Origin: Alphaproteobacteria bacterium
Lineage (GTDB): Bacteria > Pseudomonadota > Alphaproteobacteria > CAAHEQ01 > UBA3637
Assembly: GCA_017412085.1 (NCBI GenBank)
Contig: JAFPYS010000019.1
Location: 17,869 to 81,868 of the forward strand
Direction of reading: 5' to 3'
DNA: 64,000 nt
Part shown: positions 57,897 through 64,000 of the stretch, piece by piece
Layout of the letters: each line of letters starts with the position of its first letter
Numbering within the stretch: position 1 is the stretch's first letter
Notes under the pieces: model-generated
The model's database searches: none
Seen by the model: the letters and a program-made list of their open reading frames with translations, nothing else
Told to the model about the DNA's origin: nothing
Translations under genes and position numbers: made by a program

Positions 57897-58814
57897 ATGA
57901 AAGAATATTTGTTGGCAGTGTTTGCTGTTTTTTGTTGGAGCTTTAATGTTGTGGCGGCAAGCGTGCTTGTGGGAAAATTAACACCATGGCAAATCGCTGC
58001 CTTAAGATGGATCATTCCATCATTTATAATTTTTCCTTTTACTTTCAATATATTAAGAAAGAATATAAAAGTAATACTAAAACATAAAATCTGGCTTATT
58101 TGGACAGCTTTTTGGGGAATTACAATCAGCAATACTTGTGTTTATTATGCCGCTTATAGTGTGAACCCCGTTACCTTATCTTTAATTGGTGCAACGGGGC
58201 CGTTGTTTTTAATTTTCTTCTCATGGGTGATAAAAAAGACGCAATTATATAAAGAGCAAATTTATGGCTTATTGATTACCCTGATAGGCGTTTGTTTGAT
58301 TGTGATGCATGGTCGGATGGGCGGGCTTGGATTAGGTATTGCGGCGGGCGATTGGTGGATGTTGATAACCGCCATCACCTTTGGATATTACAGCTTTTTG
58401 GTGGCAAATAAACCGCCTCAATTACCCCACCTGCCCTTACTTGCCTGTTGTTTGATATTAGGCGCCTTATTTTGTTTGCCTATGTTTGTCTGGGATACAA
58501 TTTATAATCCGTTGAATTTTAAAACAAATTTTACACAAGAGATCATCTGGATTGTGATGGGACTTGGCGTGTTTAATTCTTTAATTGCCTATCTTTGTTG
58601 GAATCACGCAATGGATAAAGCGGACCCCGTAAAAGTTGGGATGATTTATTACCTGATGCCGGTATTTTCAACACTTGAAAGTTGGCTGATTCTGGGTGAA
58701 GGGATCCACCCGATCCATGTGATCGGAGCTATCATCATATTTATTGGAATATTCTACAGTAATAAAAAGCCTAAATCTGCTTTATTTCGACAGAGCCGTC
58801 GGGCAAGTCCTTAA
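57897..58814 (+). CDS. DMT superfamily (EamA-like) transporter
   Basis: 305 aa, 10 predicted TM helices in two EamA repeats. Divergent from hydC. Confidence 0.85.
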   Translation: MKEYLLAVFAVFCWSFNVVAASVLVGKLTPWQIAALRWIIPSFIIFPFTFNILRKNIKVILKHKIWLIWTAFWGITISNTCVYYAAYSVNPVTLSLIGATGPLFLIFFSWVIKKTQLYKEQIYGLLITLIGVCLIVMHGRMGGLGLGIAAGDWWMLITAITFGYYSFLVANKPPQLPHLPLLACCLILGALFCLPMFVWDTIYNPLNFKTNFTQEIIWIVMGLGVFNSLIAYLCWNHAMDKADPVKVGMIYYLMPVFSTLESWLILGEGIHPIHVIGAIIIFIGIFYSNKKPKSALFRQSRRASP

Positions 58815-60165
58815 CAGCCAAGCCCTTGGCTTTTAAAGCGTCACGGATCTCATCAGATTTTGCCCAATCCTTCGCAGCGCGTGCTGCTTTACGAGCATCT
58901 AATAATGCTTGTACCTCGGCGTCTGGAACATAGGCCTCTTCCTTCATTTCGTCCATTTTTAAGCCAAAAACCGTATCGATCTCGGACAAAATTGCCCATT
59001 TTGTGGCGTTATTCAAAGCGGCATCTTTGACAACTTCCCACATCACGGCTAATGCTTGAGGGGTGGCAACATCATTAAAGATCGCTTCGTCAAATTTACC
59101 CAATAACGCTGCCTTCTTGGCTTCATCTACCGCGCCAGATAAATCCTTTTTGATCTCAATTACACGGGCTTTCAAGTTATTAAAGGCCGCTTGAGCTGCG
59201 TCCAAGGCTTCCCATGTAAATTGCAGCTCTGAACGATAATGAGCGGTTAAGGCTAAATAACGATAGGCCAGCGGATTATAGCCTTTTTCTTTCAAAGAAG
59301 GTGTGGTCAAAATGTTACCCAAAGACTTGGACATCTTGACATCTTTGAGCTGCAAAAAGGCATTATGCACCCAATAATTCACCCATTTATGTCCAAAGCA
59401 GCCTTCGGATTGCGCTTTTTCATTTTCGTGATGCACAGAAATGTGGTCAATACCCCCACAGTGAATATCAATATACTCGCCCAAGTATTTGGACGACATT
59501 ACAGAACATTCAATGTGCCAACCGGGATATCCCCTACCCCATGGCGAATCCCATTGTAAAATTTGATTTTCAAACTTGGAAGATGTGAACCACAATACAA
59601 AATCCGTTGGATTACGTTTGTTTGGATCTTCTTCAACGCGGGCGCCATGTTGTAAACCTTCGATATCTTTGTGAGATAATTCGCCATAATGACCGAACTT
59701 GAGCGTATCAAAATAGACGTTACCACCGGCGACATAAGCCAATCCTTTTTCTTCTAATTTCTTCACAAATTCAATCATGTCTTGAACGTGTTCCGTAGCG
59801 CGGCAAACGGTACTTGGACGGATGATATTTAAGTCGTTTTCCTCGTCAAAGAAGAAGTTTTCATATTTACGAGCCAGAGCCAATACATCCATTTTTTCTT
59901 TTTCGGCGGCCTTCAGCATTTTGTCTTCGCCAGTGTCTTCATCACTTGTCAAATGTCCGACGTCTGTGATATTCATGACATGATGAACATCATAGCCAGC
60001 CCGCACTAACGTACGATGCAAAAAGTCCTCATTTAAATAAGTGCGTAAATTACCAATGTGAGCATAGCTGTAAACGGTTGGACCACAACAATACATGCCA
60101 ACTTTTCCATCTGTGATTGGTTTAAATTCTTCCAGTTGACGTGTCAGTGTGTTATAAAGTTTCAT
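58771..60165 (-). CDS. cysS: Cysteine--tRNA ligase
   Basis: MKLYNTLTR start. HIGH motif (YAHIGNLRTY), KMSKS motif (KMSKSLGN), Zn-ligand Cys residues. Start at ATG 60165 with AAAGGA RBS. Confidence 0.95.
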   Translation of the reverse strand: MKLYNTLTRQLEEFKPITDGKVGMYCCGPTVYSYAHIGNLRTYLNEDFLHRTLVRAGYDVHHVMNITDVGHLTSDEDTGEDKMLKAAEKEKMDVLALARKYENFFFDEENDLNIIRPSTVCRATEHVQDMIEFVKKLEEKGLAYVAGGNVYFDTLKFGHYGELSHKDIEGLQHGARVEEDPNKRNPTDFVLWFTSSKFENQILQWDSPWGRGYPGWHIECSVMSSKYLGEYIDIHCGGIDHISVHHENEKAQSEGCFGHKWVNYWVHNAFLQLKDVKMSKSLGNILTTPSLKEKGYNPLAYRYLALTAHYRSELQFTWEALDAAQAAFNNLKARVIEIKKDLSGAVDEAKKAALLGKFDEAIFNDVATPQALAVMWEVVKDAALNNATKWAILSEIDTVFGLKMDEMKEEAYVPDAEVQALLDARKAARAAKDWAKSDEIRDALKAKGLAVKDLPDGSVEIKQI

Positions 60166-60227
60166 GTGATCCATCCTTTCGATGAAAATCATTATAGCAA
60201 ATAGGAATTAAAAGTCAAGGATTTTTA

Positions 60228-61532
60228 TCAGCGCAACGCGGCACATTTTTTCTTTTGAATCATCCTTTCTGATTGCCAACCTTTTGCAGCTAAATTGACG
60301 CAATCATCATAAATTTTGCGCCCAGCTTTTGGTGTGGCTTCAACGCCGCAAACAACCTTTTTTCTGGCTTTCACAATTTCTGGAATTTCCCATCCTCTAT
60401 TTTCTAATTTATAGTGAGTTAAATCAGCAAACAACCTTGCCTCCATCATTTCACCGAAATTAGAATATTTAACTGTGGGCTTTTTATCAAAACGAGCCAA
60501 GAAATCCTTGAAAATTTGTTCGTGTTCTGGCAGTACATATCCTTTACCCGCCAGCAAAGCTTCAAATGTTTGCAGTACCACGGGGTTTTTCCATCCGCCG
60601 CCGAACAAAATAATATGCGGTGGCAGTTTGATTTTTTTGTCGGTCAGAGTCATTGCTTGCACAGCAATATAGGCCGCAAAATATTCCAAGGTATGTACTG
60701 CATCTTCAATGCTGAGCTTATGTTTCTTAATAAGAGCAAACACTTTGTCCTTGTGGTAAAATTGTGGATCGCCAGACTTGGGCAATCCCCGTTCATAAAA
60801 GTCTCGGCCAAGATCAAATAATTCTTGCAATAACTTCTTGTTTAATTTACCTTTTTTACCATATTTGCCATTTTTATCAAAGGCATCCGGCGTGTTGTCA
60901 CGGATAAAATTATCAACATATTCATTAAATGGACCGGCATCGGCTCCTACTTGAGCGACACCATCCACAATCCATGCAAAATTGGATGTATTACCACCAT
61001 TATAATAGCAGCCATCACCTTCGGTTGCAGCAATATGGGCATTGTGTGGTGGCACCAACGGCGCTCCATCAAATCCTGCCATTACGGGGGCTGAACGGAA
61101 ATCATAAACAACCCTTATGCCTGTTAAATCGGCCAACATTTTTCCAGATCCAATCTGCAAAGTATAAGGTTTTGTTTTTTCCGCTTTGGCGCGGGATGGC
61201 GGATTGTGATCCAATGTTTTACCATGAAACCCAATGGCATCAATTTTGGACTTATCCAACTTAAATTTTTTACACATCTCGTTAATACAATTGGCCACTT
61301 GGCGTACATATTCATCATGGATTGCTTGGAACTCTGGCAAGGCTTCAATTTCTTTGCGGGTCTTATTCCCTACTTTGGCCCGTAATCCCTCTACCTTTTT
61401 TTGCATGTCTTTTGTATAAGATTTTGAATAAGAACAAATATCTTTCATCTTGTTCCCATCAAATTCAGTCAAAACCAAATCAATGGCATCCATGCTGTTG
61501 CCAGTCATATTGCCTATAATACGATAAGACAT
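60228..61532 (-). CDS. anmK: Anhydro-N-acetylmuramic acid kinase
   Basis: N-terminal GNMTGNSMDAIDLVL (compare AnmK G.MSGTS.DG.D), ASKHA-fold length. Adjacent to murQ. Start at ATG 61532 (GGGGGAG RBS). Confidence 0.8.
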   Translation of the reverse strand: MSYRIIGNMTGNSMDAIDLVLTEFDGNKMKDICSYSKSYTKDMQKKVEGLRAKVGNKTRKEIEALPEFQAIHDEYVRQVANCINEMCKKFKLDKSKIDAIGFHGKTLDHNPPSRAKAEKTKPYTLQIGSGKMLADLTGIRVVYDFRSAPVMAGFDGAPLVPPHNAHIAATEGDGCYYNGGNTSNFAWIVDGVAQVGADAGPFNEYVDNFIRDNTPDAFDKNGKYGKKGKLNKKLLQELFDLGRDFYERGLPKSGDPQFYHKDKVFALIKKHKLSIEDAVHTLEYFAAYIAVQAMTLTDKKIKLPPHIILFGGGWKNPVVLQTFEALLAGKGYVLPEHEQIFKDFLARFDKKPTVKYSNFGEMMEARLFADLTHYKLENRGWEIPEIVKARKKVVCGVEATPKAGRKIYDDCVNLAAKGWQSERMIQKKKCAALR

Positions 61533-61542
61533 TTCTCCCCCG

Positions 61543-62526
61543 TTATTTCGATAAGTGTCTGACACTGTTAATAAGAAGTGCGTTATTTATCTTTTTTTTT
61601 ACTGGTGTTTGAGCATTCAATGCTTTTTTGACAAACCCATCGTGTTGTTCCAACAGGGCTGCGGCTGCCCGTGCAGGCAAATTTTTACCAGCCATAACAA
61701 CGGCAAGAGGGACACCTTTTGTTGGTTCTTTCAAGAATTTTTGTGATTCGGCCAAACATCTTTCTGCGACATCTCTTTCAACTCCAGTAATATCACAAAT
61801 GATGCGCATTGCTCGATCTCTTAGTTTTTCATTCATTACTCGAACGTCAATCATCAAATTTTCATACACCTTACCAACCAATGTAAAGGCACCCGTTGTG
61901 ATCTGATTCAATACCATTTTTTGTGCAGTGCCAGATTTCAATCGACTTGAACCTGTCAACACCTCTGGGCCAACAACAGGATTGATAAAAATATTCGAAA
62001 ACGCCTTCAACTTGGCCTCTGTGTTCGAACTATAGCCAATGGTTTTAATCCCTAATTGTTGTGCTTTTTCCAAAATGGCCAAAATATAAGGAGCGCTGCC
62101 ACCCGCAGATAGGCCCATCACAACATCTTTCTTTGTTGGTTTTAAAGCCATCAAATCAGCCACACCCCCCTCTCGAGAATCTTCGGAATTTTCAACCGAA
62201 TAACGTAACGCCCTGTCTCCACCAGCAATTGTGCCAACGACGACGCCATGCTCCACGCCAAATGTCGGCCAACACTCGGAGGCATCTAACACCGCCAAAC
62301 GACCACTTGTCCCTGCTCCAAAATATAACAAACGACCGCCTTGTTTAATGGCTTTTGCAACACTTTCTATAGCTTGTGCGATTTGGGGCAAACATTTTTG
62401 AACAGCCAATGCAACCTTTTGATCCTCGCCATTCATTAAGGTGGCAATTTCTAAAGCACTCATTTCATCCAAATGCTTTGATTTTTCATTACGTGTTTCT
62501 GTGGTAAGTTGTTTTTGTTCTTTCAT
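61543..62526 (-). CDS. murQ: N-acetylmuramic acid 6-phosphate etherase
   Basis: SIS domain GAGTSGRLAVLDASECWPTFG. Carries LTGSSRLKSGTAQK. Confidence 0.9.
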   Translation of the reverse strand: MKEQKQLTTETRNEKSKHLDEMSALEIATLMNGEDQKVALAVQKCLPQIAQAIESVAKAIKQGGRLLYFGAGTSGRLAVLDASECWPTFGVEHGVVVGTIAGGDRALRYSVENSEDSREGGVADLMALKPTKKDVVMGLSAGGSAPYILAILEKAQQLGIKTIGYSSNTEAKLKAFSNIFINPVVGPEVLTGSSRLKSGTAQKMVLNQITTGAFTLVGKVYENLMIDVRVMNEKLRDRAMRIICDITGVERDVAERCLAESQKFLKEPTKGVPLAVVMAGKNLPARAAAALLEQHDGFVKKALNAQTPVKKKINNALLINSVRHLSK

Positions 62527-62605
62527 TTTAACTCCTTTTTGAATCTTATACTAGCACACTAACAAACTTTTATGCCTTTTTCAATAAAAAAATTCATTTT
62601 TCCCG

Positions 62606-62634
62606 TTGACAGATATAATTTTTTACTTTAATAT
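62606..62634 (+). promoter_or_regulatory. lexA promoter
   Basis: TTGACA (62606-62611), 17-nt spacer, TAATAT (62629-62634). The track ORF start (TTG at 62606) is the -35 hexamer itself. Confidence 0.5.
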
Positions 62635-62636
62635 GA

Positions 62637-62651
62637 GAACAAAACAAGAAC
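62637..62651 (+). promoter_or_regulatory. Alphaproteobacterial-type SOS box (LexA operator)
   Basis: GAAC-AAAACAA-GAAC, a direct repeat GAAC-N7-GAAC. Lies 2 nt downstream of the -10 and 24 nt upstream of the lexA ATG. Confidence 0.6.
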
Positions 62652-62674
62652 AAAGAGCCGCAGGGAGGCGAAAT

Positions 62675-63283
62675 ATGATTACAAAAAAACAATTACAACT
62701 GTTTGATTTTATTAAAGAATATGTTTCTGAAAATGGGGTTGCCCCCTCGTTTAGCGAGATGCAGGATTACCTGGGGCTGAAATCAAAATCTAATGTCCAT
62801 CGTTTGGTCAGCGCTTTGGAGCAACAACATCTGTTACATCGTACTCCCAAAATGGCTAGATCTATTTCTCCGGAGAACATGCCATCCGGCGCGGCCAATG
62901 ATGTTGTTCAAATACCCTTATATGGTAAGATTGCGGCGGGTTTGCCAATTGAAGCCGTAGCCAATGAAACAGAGACAATCAGTGTGCCGGCCTCCATGAC
63001 GGGAAATGGACAATACTATGCTTTATTGGTGGAAGGCGATTCCATGATTAATGCTGGTATTTTAAATGGGGATACTGTGATTATCAAGCGTGCCAATCAG
63101 GCTAATGACGGGGATATTGTGGTGGCTTTAATTGATGGTTATGATGTAACCTTAAAGCGTTTGCGCAAAAAGGCCTCTTCTATTGCCTTAGAGCCAGCCA
63201 ATCCTGCTTATGAAACACGCATTTTTACAACGGATCGTGTTGAAATTCAAGGAATTTTAGCCGGTTTGATGCGTTCCTATTAA
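62675..63283 (+). CDS. lexA: LexA repressor
   Basis: N-terminal wHTH (LTKKQ-like MITKKQLQLFDFI...PSFSEM). Cleavage site AAG in GKIAAGLPIEA. Catalytic Ser in EGDSM and Lys in VTLKRL. GGGAGG RBS. Confidence 0.9.
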   Translation: MITKKQLQLFDFIKEYVSENGVAPSFSEMQDYLGLKSKSNVHRLVSALEQQHLLHRTPKMARSISPENMPSGAANDVVQIPLYGKIAAGLPIEAVANETETISVPASMTGNGQYYALLVEGDSMINAGILNGDTVIIKRANQANDGDIVVALIDGYDVTLKRLRKKASSIALEPANPAYETRIFTTDRVEIQGILAGLMRSY

Positions 63284-63290
63284 AAATTTG

Positions 63291-63319
63291 TTGACTTTTT
63301 ATTTTCTCCTCTATATTAT
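63291..63319 (+). promoter_or_regulatory. Candidate promoter of dapA
   Basis: TTGACT (63291-63296), 17-nt spacer, TATTAT (63314-63319). Confidence 0.35.
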
Positions 63320-63349
63320 AATAGATTGGTTGAGGTGAAGGGCTTGTAC

Positions 63350-64000
63350 ATGACGAATAAAGCAAATTTCGGTGATGTTGTCACCGCTATGGTGACACCT
63401 TTTAAACCTGACGCGGACCAAAATGTGGCCTATGATGAAGTTGAATCGTTAACAAGGTACCTGATTAACAATGGAACAGATACAATTTTGTTGACGGGAT
63501 CTACTGGCGAAGCGGCGCAGTTGTCTGTATTGGAAAAATGGGATATTCTTCGGACTGTTCGCAAGGCAGTTCCACAGGCCAGGATTATGGTTGCGACAAG
63601 CGATACGAATACAGGGCGTGCCATTCAAAAGGCAAAAACAGCGTTTCAATATGGGGCGGATTCTATTTTGGTGGCGGTACCCGAGTATGTAAAACCATCC
63701 CAAAAGGCCTTATTTATCCACTTTAATGCCATTGCTAAAGCAATTGATAATAAGCCGATGATGATTTACAATATTCCTGGACGCACGAGCAAAGAGATTG
63801 CACCATCAACTGTTGCCGATCTTGCAAAAGAAAATCCAAATATTGTTGGTATTAAACAAAGTATGCCAAGTATGGATCGGGTTTCGGAATTAAGAGCTCT
63901 TTGTCCGCCTGATTTTCAAATCTATTCCGGTGACGACAGTTTAACGTTACCGATGTTAGCATTAGGGGCAACAGGTGTTGTCAGCGTTATGTCACATCTT
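63350..64000 (+). CDS. dapA: 4-hydroxy-tetrahydrodipicolinate synthase (5' part; runs off the window)
   Basis: Open frame to the window end, not in the track. Carries VTAMVTPF, LLTGSTGE, MMIYNIPGRT and GIKQS (the Schiff-base Lys region). An alternative TTG start at 63344 is possible. Confidence 0.9.
   Translation, partial: MTNKANFGDVVTAMVTPFKPDADQNVAYDEVESLTRYLINNGTDTILLTGSTGEAAQLSVLEKWDILRTVRKAVPQARIMVATSDTNTGRAIQKAKTAFQYGADSILVAVPEYVKPSQKALFIHFNAIAKAIDNKPMMIYNIPGRTSKEIAPSTVADLAKENPNIVGIKQSMPSMDRVSELRALCPPDFQIYSGDDSLTLPMLALGATGVVSVMSHL

Noticed and set aside
58771-58814. 44-nt convergent overlap of the EamA transporter and cysS 3' ends, as a possible antisense control or a frameshift artefact
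   Set aside because: Both frames are intact to their natural C-termini (cysS ends with its usual C-terminal domain). Short convergent overlaps are common in compact genomes.
62606-62674. Extended N-termini given in the ORF track: lexA from 62606, trxA from 51539, mltA from 49116, the histidine kinase from 34323 and amgK from 47284
   Set aside because: These upstream starts are TTG codons without an RBS. Two of them are literally the TTGACA -35 hexamers of the promoters. Downstream ATG/TTG codons with AGGAG-type RBSs give N-termini that match the families.

Overview
This is a gene-dense 64-kb chromosomal segment with about 65 CDS and one tRNA. I saw no rRNA, CRISPR array, transposase, integrase or phage gene on either strand. 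By eye the sequence is AT-rich (GC not computed). Gene content and micro-synteny point to an alphaproteobacterium, possibly host-associated, but I could not run any search. The supporting blocks are secB / Tim44-like / mltA / smr, tsaE-amgK-addB-addA, rlpA-dacC-tmk-holB-tatD, a DUF2155 gene, and a GAAC-N7-GAAC SOS box in front of lexA. Most of the window is housekeeping:
- secretion: yajC-secDF, secB, lspA
- DNA: parE, a parC start, addAB, lexA, holB, radC-like
- translation: ettA, rpmH-rnpA-yidD, tyrS, cysS, tsaD/tsaE
- fatty-acid carboxylase: accBC and accD
- cell-wall turnover: an MltB-like enzyme, RlpA, MltA, a PBP5-type carboxypeptidase, AmgK-like, AnmK and MurQ

Two accessory energy modules stand out.
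1. A complete N-type ATPase operon in the diagnostic order atpD-C-Q-R-B-E-F-A-G (24182-30775, minus strand). It has no delta gene, a b subunit with a delta-like C-terminus, and a c subunit carrying a two-carboxylate Na+-type site.
2. A three-gene [FeFe]-hydrogenase operon hydC-hydB-hydA (53785-57744, minus strand) with all H-cluster motifs intact. HydB and HydA are shorter than in the classical bifurcating enzymes, and no maturase genes lie nearby. The operon sits directly beside tRNA-Ser(UGA) and a roughly 0.95-kb AT-rich gap that carries only small ORFs.

Together with pgi and a D-2-hydroxyacid dehydrogenase, these suggest fermentative, H2-linked, Na+-cycling energy metabolism in an alphaproteobacterial background.

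Other points worth a second look: a GT10 fucosyltransferase-like gene wedged between ettA and dut; several unrecognisable proteins (Cys-rich, HExxH, and a coiled-coil with a basic tail); an unlisted 47-codon lipoprotein ORF coupled between lspA and pgi; and a thioredoxin with a CGSC active site.

All calls rest on reading the translated ORFs and the DNA; no database search was possible. Many ORF-track N-termini begin at TTG or at upstream ATG codons. I trimmed these to the ATG/TTG that has a Shine-Dalgarno sequence.
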